NCBI GenBank assembly: GCA_951406725.2
Contig: OX597825.1
Location: forward strand, 1,054,001-1,118,000
DNA length: 64,000 bases
DNA from: Octopus vulgaris
Lineage: Eukaryota
Direction of reading: 5' to 3'
Under the pieces are notes generated by a model. The model was not told the origin of the DNA and searched no databases. It saw nothing but the letters and a program-made list of their open reading frames with translations. Below, one piece after another: positions 27,226 to 39,850 of this stretch (within the stretch, counting starts at the first letter, position 1; every line of letters starts with the position of its first letter). Position numbers and translations under genes: made by a program.

Positions 27226-30200
27226 TCTACATTTAGCAATTCCATCACTGCTGCAAGATACTTTTTTATCTTATATTTTCCTTTACATTTTCGCATCATA
27301 CAAATAAATATGAGATGCTTTCTTGAGATGAATACCTTAGATCTGTGGCTGTCAACAATATATCCACATTAAGTAGGATAAAGAGAATGTTATCCTATCT
27401 TTTATTAAAATCCAAAACTGTTATTATGTGAATAATTTGGAGATAGATTTGGGGAGGATGTGAGCAGTTTGAATAAGGCTTTGGAGCAAACTTTAGGTCT
27501 GATGTTTGACCTTATAAACTGACAGACAAAACAAGACACAGAGAAATAGTAACTTAAATCAAGAACCTGCAGGATCTGGAGTTTCACAGCTTTTTTTTTT
27601 TATTTTTAAATGTTTCCAATTCTCAGTGTGATAAGAAGTTTGCTTCACAATCACAAGATTCTGGGTTCAGTTCCACTGAATGGAACATTGGGCAAGTGTC
27701 TTCCACTATAGGCCTGGGTTGACCAAAGTCTTGAGAGAGGATTTGGGGGATGGAAACTGTATGACAGTTTGTGATGTGTGTGTGTGGTTACTACCTTACA
27801 AACACTTGCCACATTCTTGACACACACATCTTCTTCTGGTGATGTGGCACAATTCTGCAAAAGCAATTCCCTGGCATTTATTATAATGATCCATTTTGTC
27901 AAATTAATAATTCAGAGGTAGAGAGAAAAAGAGGGAAAGATCAATGGTTACATTGAAAAAGAGAAGATCAAAGATTCGGGTGTCTTACATTATAGTTGGG
28001 TACACAGTTCATTAAGTCCATAGTGAGGTGGATGAAGAATGTAAGAGAGTTGGACCTGTGGTCTCATGGTTATTCAGTGGCATGTCTTCTATTTGCCTGT
28101 GACTTTTCTGTGGAAATAATATGGCTTACTAGCGCAAAAGACACCCTTCTCTTTGTTATTTTCTTCCATTTTCTTCTCGTCTATTTAAATTAAACTACGG
28201 TTACCTGCTGCCATATACCTTTTACCAAGGAATATACCTACTGAGGTAATTACCAGAAGTGCCTTTGGACATATCTATCCCTTAGAGGTTTTAAACACCT
28301 CTAACTTATACCTGTATATACATATATATATATACATATACACAGACACCCACACAACAAGCTTCTTTTCAGTTTCCATCTACCAAATCAACTCACAAGG
28401 CTTTGGTCAGTCCAGGCTTATAGTCGAAGACACCTGCTCAAGGTAGCGCATTGTTGGACTGAATCCAGAATCCACGTGGACAGGAAGCAAGCTTCTGATT
28501 GACATAGCCACACTCTACCCAATTCCTTATTCAGTGAAGAGACATATTTCTATAATATATTATAGGTACATTTAATTTACACTCAGATAACAAATGCTTT
28601 CAACATTTATAGTGAAAGTAAATGTCTTGACAAGTATAATACTTCCATCATCGGAAACTTAATTATTTGGATGTGTAAGTTATGCAATATCAAAGCTGTA
28701 GCACCTCTCATGGCACATCCATAAAACACTTTTACAGTTTTCTTCTCAATTCAGTTTCTGCTGCTGCAGACCACTACTAGTTAACTAATTCTAGAAACTC
28801 TCTTTATCTAGCCTGTAACAGACATTCGAACTTAATAGACATGTATATATATACACCATTTTTAAAAGATAAGGTCTTCAAATACAGTAGAATAAATTGC
28901 TGGCACACAAACAAAATGAGGTAAAATGCACAAAATTTGCCAAGAATAATACACAAATACAATGAAATAGACTAATTCATCCCCAAAATAAGATATATTG
29001 TAAAAAAATAAACTTTGGAAAGATGTCCTTACTCAGATAATACACCCCCACCCCCTACTCAAGAAACAACAACAAAAGAAAACCCCACAATATACAACAA
29101 CAAATATTATCCAGACTGAAATGAAATAAGAATAACCAATAAAATATAAATTCTACTTTGTAAACCTGAACCTGGTTGATTTTTATGAAAATTGATGTTG
29201 TGGGCCACTCACTTTAGTATCCCACTTTGTTCACTTTGGCATAGACTAATAATTCTGTAACAGCAGCTAGTTAGTATTGAAATGTAGAATTGCTTAGCCT
29301 TTTTGAGACCAACCGAACCAACACAACCTCCGAGTCAAAGCTAAAAACTTATCTATTTCAAAATGAGTATATTTCACTGAAAACTTTCCAACATAATTTC
29401 ATACAATAACCTTTTTGTCGAGTTACGTGGTCCAAACAGCAGCTGAATTATTAAAAGGACAGTAAATTTATCAGTTCCTTCCATGTTCTTGGTTCTTGTC
29501 CATTTTCAAATTTAATTGAAACACATAAGTAATGCATTTCATTAGAAAAAGTGTTATGAAAGATTTAATAAATGAATTTGTGAAGCATACTTTGACATTA
29601 CGTATAAGATACCCAACAAATAAGAGGGTTGGTTAACAGATTGTAGCAAGCCTTTACCTAGATTTGAAACTGAGATGTTTTATTTGCGATCATGAAATCT
29701 GCAATAAATTAGAACTGGATATTTCAAGGACTGATGACGTCAGCAGTAAACTGACCAAAGAATGTTTTGTAATCTGCTTCTTTGAAAAGAAGGAAAAACA
29801 TTCTCTTGCATTTACAATTACGAAATATATTGTGTATATTTGTGAAACAAATACATGCTCTATACAACTATGCCTTTCTCTCTCTCTCTCTTTCTTTTAT
29901 CAGTTTATCCATCTCTTTCTCTCTTTCTTTCTCTCCTCCCTATGCATGTGTGTGTGTGTGTGTGTGTGTGATCATCTTCATTATTTAACATTCACTTTCC
30001 ATGATGGTATGATTTCTATGGTTGGATGCCCTTCCTAACACCAACTTTACAGAGTGGCACTGGGTGCTTTTTACATGCCACTGGCACTAATGAGGCTGGC
30101 AGGTAAGTTGCAGGACAGGAAAAGAACAGGGGAAAAGGGAAGGGAAGAAGCTCTCCCAACTAAGAGGAAGTATTTGGGAGAGAAAGGTGAAACGTGTGGG

Positions 30201-32574
30201 TTTTATGCTTGGTGTTTGATGGAATTCCTTAACCTGTTGCTACACTCAGGAGAGGCCAGGGGTTAAACAATAACCTGATGTCTTTATTATAGAGTAACTT
30301 GTTTTTGTTTTGTTAACTATATATCTCCAGTAAATATAAAATAAAGTAGAATTAAGTACCTACACACACACACACACACACACACACGTGTGTGCACATA
30401 CCATATGTTGTCTATGTAAGATATGGTTGAATTGAAAAAATAAACAGTCAACAGAATCGTGTCTGTGAAGAAGAATATATGACTTTTGCAACATTGGCTC
30501 TTCCAAAGAAACCAAAAGAAAAGTTGTTCCACGTCTTTGCTGATGCTGAATAAGAAGCAAAGAAAAATAAATAACAACAAAAAAAAAAAGAAGATTGGCA
30601 TAAGAAAACAATCTTGAAAGATGGAAGATGTAAACAGTGAGATAAAGTTCTGATAAAAAATGGTTTCAACTTCATATCACTGAAGAAGTAGAACTGTCAG
30701 GAGAAATAGTGAAAAAAAAAAGGTGGAATTATTTCATGGAGAATTAGATTATGAGTCTGATTACAATGAAGGGTAGCTTTGACATCTAAAGTAGCTGAAT
30801 GGGAAAACATTTGTGCAGTTTGTAGAGAAAAACATTTATCAGACGAAGAAGCAGGAGTTTGCTGATGAGTTTGTTAAATTAGATTCTTATGTAAAGTATT
30901 TCGTGTGGACTTCCGTAGACTTTATTTACTTTTCATTAACAGTATTTTTTTGTTATAACGTATCAACCAAAGTGTACTATTTACTGAATGTTTCAAAGAT
31001 TGGGTAATTTGGTCTGCAAGACTGCTAGATGTGTTTGTTTATTTAAATCCCAACATAACACAGCCGTGTATGAGTGATTGAATCAGCTAACTCAAATCTA
31101 TTCATGTGCAGGTAGCAATCATTCTAGAAGATACGAATGTTGTCTTGCATTTGCAAACTTTAATGATAACGGCAAAGTTTATACCTTGTAGGGTTAACTA
31201 TTAGTGATGCAGTTCAAAAGTGGAATAAATTGGTTTGTTGTTAGAAAGAACAGTCTTAATTTTTGAGTAGTACACTTCATAAAAGAGCAATGATTTCTAA
31301 TGGCACTGAATAGATAAACATCACATTGAAAGGATGGTACTACCCAAAACAATTGGTTCCACTTCCTCAAGGCAAACCAAAATATTCCACCTTTGAACTT
31401 TAACACTCCAATTGCCACCAACACAGACCACCAGGTGTCACTTCAGATCCTACTGTTTACTTGATAAGCAAACCATTCTAACTACTCTAGAAAAAGAAAT
31501 TCATTTTCCTACTTTGTTGTACTGTTTCCAAAACACTAAAGAATCTACGAAGAAATTCAGGAAACTGTTAAGAACCGTTTGTACTTATGTACACATTCAC
31601 AAATTATATATTTATTAGACGTAGATACTAAAAGCAACAAACCAGAAGACATTAGTGTTTCATCATATCTTGCTAGCTGTGTGATTACAACTAAGTGAAA
31701 TAAAGTAAAAGAACTAAAGAATTGGTATCAGCTATCAATTTATAAATTCCAAAGGAACTGGGAAAACTCAATAGAGAGAAAAATAAAAATGCAGCTTTCC
31801 TCAAATACATGAAAGAATTAATTTTAAATATCAATTTATTGTTTACGTAGATAGATGCAAAAGATTTGATGTTGATGTGGAAATGTTGAGTTGCAAAATC
31901 CAAGTGTGATAAAAAGATAAAAATTATTACTTTTTAATTTGATGAATGTTTATATCTTGTAAATCATCTTAAAAGTAGAATTACAAACAAACATAAGAAA
32001 AAATATACTTGCTGTCAAAATAACACATGTCAATAAACTAGTGCCAATATTTCCATCTGATTTGAAAACCATTTTTAATTTTTATCAAACAAATAGTTTG
32101 TTAATTTTTATGTTTTATTTATTTATTATCATTATTATTATTTTTTTTTTTTCTTGGTTTCAAATGTTAATTTAGTATCTTCACAAAATCAACAGATAAA
32201 TATTTCACCCTTTACTTGATTTTACTCTTTACTCAAGGAAAGTTGTTTTCTCTGAAATTGTGGATTTTGTTCGTATTGCTTGAGTTATTTGTTGGCAATG
32301 TTCGAATACAATATTCTTAGAAATTTGAATTCTATACATAATGTTTATTTCATACACTTTAATATATTTAGTATGCCTCTAGTAAGTATTGAAATCTTTT
32401 TCAGTGTTATATTTATTTGGCAAGATGTTTAATATTGTATTTTCTGAAATACAAGTAAAATTTTCCTGACTAGAATTTACAGCCCAAAAGAGTAGGTTGA
32501 CTTATACACAAAAATAGCTTTGAAGGACAATAAATTCCATGTGAAACACAAGATTTAGAATGATGATGATGATG

Positions 32575-32692
32575 ATCATCATCGTTTAACGTCCGTTCTC
32601 CATGCTAGCATGGGTTGGACAGTTCGACCGGGGATCTGGGAAGCCAGAAGGCTGCACCAGGCTTCAGTCTTATCTGGCAATGTTTCTACAGA
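32575..32692 (-). mobile_element. SINE family B 3' part
   Basis: CATCATCGTTTAACGTCCGTTCTCCATGCTAGCATGGGTTGGAC.. Confidence 0.85.
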
Positions 32693-32988
32693 TACTGTTG
32701 GTATTTGAATGTTAACCTATTTGCATTACAAGTTCATTGACTTGCATACCAGGAAATACGTTACCATGTTACTGAGTATCAGTGGCTGGGTTATATAGGT
32801 GTATGAGAAAAGAATTTGGTACTTAATAAATGTTTCTAACATAGGTGCAAGGCAAAAAATTAGAAAGGTGAGACTAGTCAATACCATTGCTCCTTGTATA
32901 TAACTAACACTGCATTTTATTGACCCATAAAAAATAAAAGATGTGATTTGAACTCAGAATTTGATATCTAAATAATAACATATAATTA

Positions 32989-33255
32989 TTCTGTTGTGTC
33001 TGGGGAGAGTCATTTTCTTTCTGTGCCTTATAATATAACATACTCACTCACTGGTAAAACTATTGAAAAGGTTGCAAGACGCAACGAAAATTTTAGGAAA
33101 ATAAAAATAAGAAAAAAAGTGGAAATTTTACCAGTGAGTGTGTTATATTATAAGGCACAGAAAAAAAATTACTCTCCCCAGACACAACAGAATATGCTTC
33201 AACACACGAACTCATATAAAGAATCTTGCAAACCAAATCCCAAAACGAAACATAT
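32989..33255. repeat. MITE-like repeat with ~70-bp inverted arms
   Basis: TTCTGTTGTGTCTGGGGAGAGT..TGCCTTATAATATAACA..CTCACTGGTAAAA is inverted at 33126-33193; related copy at 44518-44660. Confidence 0.8.
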
Positions 33256-34319
33256 AATTACTGTTCCCTAAGAAAACAAACATGACTATAACAATATATG
33301 TGGGTGTTTAAGCAGAATATATTGTTCTGTCATGGTAAAAAATCTTTCTCAATTCTGTAAATATTGTGTAGTTTATTTGTATTGACATATCCTGCAAAAT
33401 CACCACAGCCAAACCACATAGACAGAAAGAAATTTAATTTAATCCTTTTTAATTTTTGGGGTATTCTTCAATTTATATGCTATTAGTTAATCTCTTTAAT
33501 AAATTGTATTAATATTTAGTAATTGACAAAATCTTGTTGAAGTCGTCTCTTCATTTATGTTTTGGGTTCATCTTATTTTTGTGCCATTTTTTTTGTAATG
33601 TATTTTAATGATTTAGTGAGAATTCTTGCCACTAGACTTAATCTGTTGTCTAGGTTAATGATTACCAACTCTCTACACAGTTTCTTGATCAGCTAGAAAA
33701 TGCAGACAAATGTCTCTTAAATCACACACTAATACCTTAAAAGGAATAATGTATATTGGAGAACACTTTTCCTCAGCAGCCAAAAGAAAAAAAGAAAGAA
33801 AAGAAAAAAACGACATGGTGGTTATGTCTTGAATATTTTCCATCATAGATCTGCTTAATTGAGGTTGCCTTAGGGTTAAACATCAAGTCAAACACTTGAA
33901 GAAATGCTTCTGAATATATATTACAACTCAGTAAACCAAATGTTTTGTTGGCTGCTAAGAAAAAAAAAGGTGGGGGGGGGTGAAAAAGAGAGAGGGAGAG
34001 GGAGGAAAGGACCTTCTATAATTTAGAAATTATTGCTGACTAAACTAATGCAGCCATTTTGCTTACACAACTGCTAAATGAGAGAGGGGGAAAGGAGAGA
34101 GGGAGAAAGGAGGAGGGGGAGAAGGGGAAAGGAGAGAGGGAGAAAAGAGGAGGGGGAGAGAGATCTACAGTTAAGAAATCATTGTCAACTGGACTGATGT
34201 AGCCATTTTGTTAACACTACTGTTAAATATGAGAGAGAGAGAGAGAGAGGGAGAGAGAGAGAGTGGAAGAGAGAGAGAGAGAGAGAGATCTAGTTTTGAA
34301 ATCTTTGTCAACTAATGCC

Positions 34320-35770
34320 AATTGAGACTCTGGATCGTTTTTTGTTTCCTTCAAACCACTTGAAGATTTTTCAATTCTCAATGGATTGTTTTCAAATTTT
34401 CCCCACAGATGTCGCTTTGCATGCTGATGATGAATACTGCATTCATTTGGTTTTTTTATTCTTTTTTTGGGAAAAATTAATAATAAACAAGACAGAAGCA
34501 TTTAAAATTATATATTTTTACTCAATGAAACGAGTCCAGTGTCCTGACAAGTGGAAGTCAAAAATAGGTTGCCATGGCAACAAACAGAGTATGGTTGGAA
34601 ATGAAGACAAGAAGGGAACCAGGTTTCTTTAAAAATGAATTTAATGAAAGAAAACAACGATGAAACAGTGAATGTTTTCTTTTCTTTTTAACATCTTTTT
34701 CATTTTCTTCTAACAACTTGAGGATTATATTTATATACGATTAGATTAATAATATTATTGTCAAACTCACAGGTCTTGCTTTTGACCTGCCACTAGAAAT
34801 AACAGCTGAAATGAAATGAAAACACATGGACTGTCATTAAAAGAACAGAATGATGGGATCCGAGTCCACTGTAGAACAACGAGTGTCACGATGCTGTTGA
34901 TTTCCTTGTTGAAGGCTCAAGTGCTTTCTACTTGTTGATTATGAATCCTGCCTTGCGAGTTTACAAAGTCAGTGCTGCGGTTCACCACCATTCTATGGCA
35001 AAACTGGTACCCTGATATCTCAAGACTATGCAAGCATACATACCACAGGTCACTGTAAATAGTTGTTCCTGGCAGAATTGATTGATGAACGCATTCTTTG
35101 AATGTGTTACAGTCTCAAGAAAGTATGGTGGAAAGGAAAACTTCTAGAGCTTTCAGACACAATCTACTGAAAACCCACTGTTTGGGTTGTGTTATTTGAC
35201 CTTGACTGTACTTTCTTCTTGAAGAGACTGCTTTGTCTATTCCAACAATTCTGTCGGGACCACTGATCTTCACTGGATGGCAGAACAAATTGTCAGTGCA
35301 GACCTCACATAAATAATTTTTCTAATCTACAGTTACATCCTTAGAAAACTTAGTTGTTGTCAACTCTTTGACTCCGCAGCAGATAAATTAAATTAAACTT
35401 CAAAGTAGAGGGGTTCTTCCTTGCAACCATGTGCCTCTTCTAATGGACATGGACTCTTGACATTCCTACAACATTTCTGGGATACATAGCCATGAAATGA
35501 AAATAATAATTTAATGGAGTTGTCATGACAACAAGCAGTTTTGGCTTCCACTGTGCGGACAGTGGCTTAAAATTCATTGGCCAAAAATATGAAACGTTAA
35601 ATGCTTTCCACTTCTTTATTATAAATTTTCCAAAATAATGAATGTAGTATTTGTCATCAGCATACAAAATTATATCAAAAGTACATTTGTTTGAAAATTT
35701 TCAGACTAAAATTTATGGTTGGAAGAAAACAGAAAAATCTAAGAATCTTTCATGAACCTATGCATTCTTA
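34320..35770 (-). mobile_element. Decayed Merlin (IS1595/IS1016-like) DNA transposon with long imperfect TIRs
   Basis: Minus-strand peptides ISGPDRIVGIDKAVSSRRKYSQG..QWVF, ILPGTTIYSDLW, VNRSTDFVNSQGRIHNQQVEST* (35280-34915); 34325-34581 is inverted at 35519-35750. Confidence 0.85.
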
Positions 35771-36589
35771 AAAAAGGCAAACAATGCTTCTTTTAGTATG
35801 TCCCTATATCCACTTACAGAGTGGATAGCATAAAACAATATCAGATGCAGTTAGGAGTAGTTCTACAGAGATAGGTAACAAAAGATGAGAATTCTCATAT
35901 CATTTAATAATTGGGTATCTTGAATATAATATTTCCCATAGTTATTCAGATATTTAAAAAATAGGTGTAGCATGTAATGTAAATTTATAGGTGAAACATT
36001 TAAACGTCATCACTCTCTTTCCAAGTCCTGCTACATTTTATGTGGAATTTTTGGTCCTCCAGAGTTGCCTAGGGGTATAAGTTGAGCAATCTTTTTGCGT
36101 TGTGAATTTTGGTCTGAAAAATTTGACTTGCATGCCAAAAAAGATGATGAAATACATTCCTTTCTAATCTAATGAACTCAAATATATACCAGTGTATCAG
36201 TATGTTGTATGTGTGTGTGTGTAGATATATAGATACTTGGTCTATGTGCCATGCAGAAGGATTGATCTCAGTGCCAAGTGGTTGTGAAATGATCTTCATA
36301 TCTGTACCAAAGATGATACAGGTTCAAGCCACACAGATAGATGTTTTATTGTAGACCTTTCCAGCTAATACAAGCATGGAATGAGACACATTATACCATC
36401 ATTGATGATGATGATGATGGTGGTGGTGAAGAAGTGAAGACTAATAAATATCATTTATATCTATTTCTTATGTAATCTGTGGTACAGATACAGTTTGTAT
36501 TTAAAATATTTAATTCAAAGTGCTGTTATTTCTCATAGAAAAGGCAGCAGAATGTAAAAATTGTCAAAACAATAAAATACTTCATAGTA

Positions 36590-37270
36590 CAGGGTGTCCC
36601 AGAATTAATCAGCTATTCCAGTGAAATTGGACATTTTTTTTTTAAACTTGCTTTTATTTATGTGTTAAAAGTGTATAAATTTTTTATAATTTTTATAATT
36701 TTTGAAAATAATTTTCTTTTCATTCCTGTTGGCTCCTGCTTACCTGTGTCCATGACAGCTCATTTTCAATTTGGCTGCAATCATTTTCTCTCCCTCCATT
36801 TCTGGGATGGAGCAATAGTTTAGCTGGACTTAAAGAATGGATTCAGCTAACAGTGCAGGTGATAACACCTGGAATGCTTCAAAACATGTTTTGCAACACT
36901 AAGGATTAGACGTGAAATTTGCAATGATATAAACGGAGCACATGTTGAAAATTTCAATAAACTTTTGATAAATCTATTTGTTTTAGGTATTCTAATTAAG
37001 TAATAAGCATAAAATTCTGTTAGTTTTTAAAAAAAATTTAACCGCCTAACTGGCCCCCATGCCGGTGGCATGTAAAAAGCACCCTCTACACTCTCGGAGT
37101 AGTTGGCATTAGGAAGGGCATCCAGCTGTAGAAACTCTGCCAGATCAAGATTGGAGCCTGGTGCAGCCATCTGGTTCGCCAGCCCTCAGTCAAAATCGTC
37201 CAACCCATGCTAGCATGGAAAGTGGACGTTAAACGATGATGACGATGATAGTTAATTCTGGGGCACCCTG
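36590..37270 (+). mobile_element. Internally deleted Tc1/mariner-superfamily element with TA TSD
   Basis: TA|CAGGGTGTCCCAGAATTAA ... TTAATTCTGGGGCACCCTG|TA; internal C-terminal relic LKEWIQLTVQVITPGMLQNMF..INGAHVE. Confidence 0.85.
37044..37250 (+). mobile_element. SINE family B nested in the Tc1/mariner element
   Basis: GTTGGCATTAGGAAGGGCATCCAGCTGTAGAAAC...GGACGTTAAACGATGATGACGATGAT. Confidence 0.88.
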
Positions 37271-38375
37271 TATTAAATGAAATCATTTGCTGAAGTGATT
37301 TCAAACCCTTCCAGTGGAAGGAGTGTTGAATTTGCCTTTTGTTCTTACCAAAGATTCATAAAATAATTACTGCTTCAGGACTGGGGTTAAATGAAATGAC
37401 TGCAATCAATTCAACTCCTGTTTCAATTGACTACTTGAGGACTACTCTTGAGTTAATTAACTGACCCTTAAATTGGTAGTCTGGCGCCTATTGTCAGAAA
37501 ACAAAAGAAATCAATCTTTGTAAGATATGCAGAATCAGTAGAGCATTGAATGAAATACCTGTCCATGCTCAGTTGAATTTCCATCAATATGAAGTTTTCC
37601 TAGAAATGGAGTGGAGTGGGGTTGGGGGTGGGGGAGGTCGACAAATTAAAGTACGTTTCCTCAGAAATTATAGTCTTGTGTCAATGTTTGAAATGCATAT
37701 TCAGCCAAAGATTTCTACTGGATTAAATCCTTTTGTAGCCATATTTTTGTCAAAATACATTGCTTTTGTTAATAAAAAAGAATTTGGTAAAATAACTTTT
37801 CTGTATTAAGCTGGTTTTGGAAGCATGAATTAACATGAGACATTGGTGGAAGAATTTAATTTAGATAATTTTCAAAGAGGGAATCAGGATGGGTGGTCTC
37901 AGACAGCTTGGTGTCTTTTGAGCTTATTGAAAGAAAGAATCATTAAAAGATGGGATTGCAAAATCGTATTATCAAACTTTATTTTAGCTGTTTTTATTGT
38001 TGTTAACAACAGATTTATCAAATGCGTTCTAGCCATGACCATCTCATCCTTATATATATATGAATGACTATATTATCCAACATGTCTTTTATACTTTTTT
38101 TAAACACCAGGACATGGTTTGAGCGAGATTTAGCAGCTATGTCTAGAAGCTGGAGAAGCACTATGTAGATGCTCTCTCATTGGCTCATTTTGTCAGTTTC
38201 TATGCCAGCATGATTTCTTGTTTCCCAACAATTTTCAACATAATATAAGGAGTTCAATACCCAACATGATTAACTCCAATAGCAAAATATTTTAATACAT
38301 TTCTTATAGAATTTTCTTGATTTTATACTTATTAATGAAATTCTCATCAGACTGGGGGTGCTCTTACAGAAGAAG

Positions 38376-38411
<36 letters not shown>

Positions 38412-38929
38412 ATTGAAAAGATAGAGTCAACAAGGTGGAGTACAGTTGGACAGTTATTTTATAATCCTTACATATGTTTCCATACAACACAGCTCTTCAT
38501 ATATACAGGAATTTGACTATATTCAACGATTTACCTGTATAATGGGACCCAGTTGTATTTATTCAGGTAATATTCAATTGCTGTCCCTGTTAGTTACGAA
38601 ACCTTCGACTTTGATGCTAACACATCCATCTGTCTTGTTTGAATTTAGTAGATGCTGGCAGTTTCCTTCTGCCTGCTACGAGTGGCATTGGCTGTTTATT
38701 CTATTGCTCATGTTAGGCTGCACATGTGAAACTTTATTATCTGACCATCAGTATTTGTTTGTCCAGAGACACACACAGCCTCTCCCATATATATTCATGT
38801 ATACATGCCCATATACATACACAGATACACTCACATATACCGTCATACATATGCAATCACTTACATACATATATATATATATATACACATACATATACAT
38901 CTCTAGGTATCCCCATATATATATATATA

Positions 38930-39122
38930 CCGGAGTAAACACATAAATGTGAAACAAGGTGGAAAAAAAGAGTACTCAAATACCAGTGGTAGAGTAATAT
39001 GCTTTATTTAAAGCAGCGGAAAATTCAACAAAACCTGTTACTCTGAGTTTCATGTTCCCGGGAACGTGAAACTCAGAGTAACAGGTTTTGTTGAATTTTC
39101 CGCTGCTTTAAATAAAGTATAT
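38930..39122. repeat. Repeat containing a spacer-less 126-bp palindrome (38997-39122)
   Basis: Centre GTTCCC|GGGAAC at 39059/39060; arms complementary except two G:T pairs. Confidence 0.9.
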
Positions 39123-39770
39123 ATATATATATATATGCATACTTATATACTTACACCGATCAACAAATACATTCATACTCATAATACACTTGCATACATC
39201 TATTTACATATATGTACAGAGGTATATTTCTGGGCATTCCAATATATATACATATACATATAGGATGGGAAGGATGGGAGCGGGTGAAAACTGAATTATA
39301 ATTATTATTTTTATACACTGCTCCATCTTGACAAATGCCCAAATCTAGACCTGGAAGTATATCATAATATAATATTACTGGCTCTTTGGTAATTCTAAGG
39401 GTGAACGAGCTCTATTTTGTACTCTGCTACATTCTTAATGGAATACACCTTAAATATATATATATATATATGATTTTTGATTTTGATTTTTCCAGTTTCA
39501 GCTAATGAGCTGTGGCCATGCTGGGGCACCGCCATATATATATATATATGTATAAGGCAGATGAAAACTTAGAGATTCAGCACATGCAGACTTGATACTG
39601 AAGATGAGGGAAGTTGTTGAGGATGAAGAAGAATCCTTGATGAGATTTAAAGAATTTAAACTCAGAATTAAGCATGGTGTTAATTACAGGTAACGTCCAT
39701 TATAATTATGGGCATTTACAGATTTTGTGGCATTAACATAATTTTTGCTGCTTGAAAGTGTTGAATCAAA

Positions 39771-39850
39771 ATCAGTTAAAAAGGATTATCTTGTTGTTGT
39801 TTTAAGATCAGTTAAAAAGGATTATCTTGTTGTTGTTTTAAGATCAGTTA
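39771..39850 (+). repeat. 36-bp tandem duplication (2.2 copies)
   Basis: ATCAGTTAAAAAGGATTATCTTGTTGTTGTTTTAAG x2 + ATCAGTTA. Confidence 0.95.

Noticed and set aside
29660-29860. Possible exon (LRCFICDHEICNKLELD..) with a CRE motif TGACGTCA
   Set aside because: No recognisable homology; the ORF runs into microsatellites; a single 8-mer is expected by chance in 64 kb
30400-30560. Possible hAT transposase relic (MYVRYG..EEEYMTF)
   Set aside because: Similarity too short and weak to call by eye
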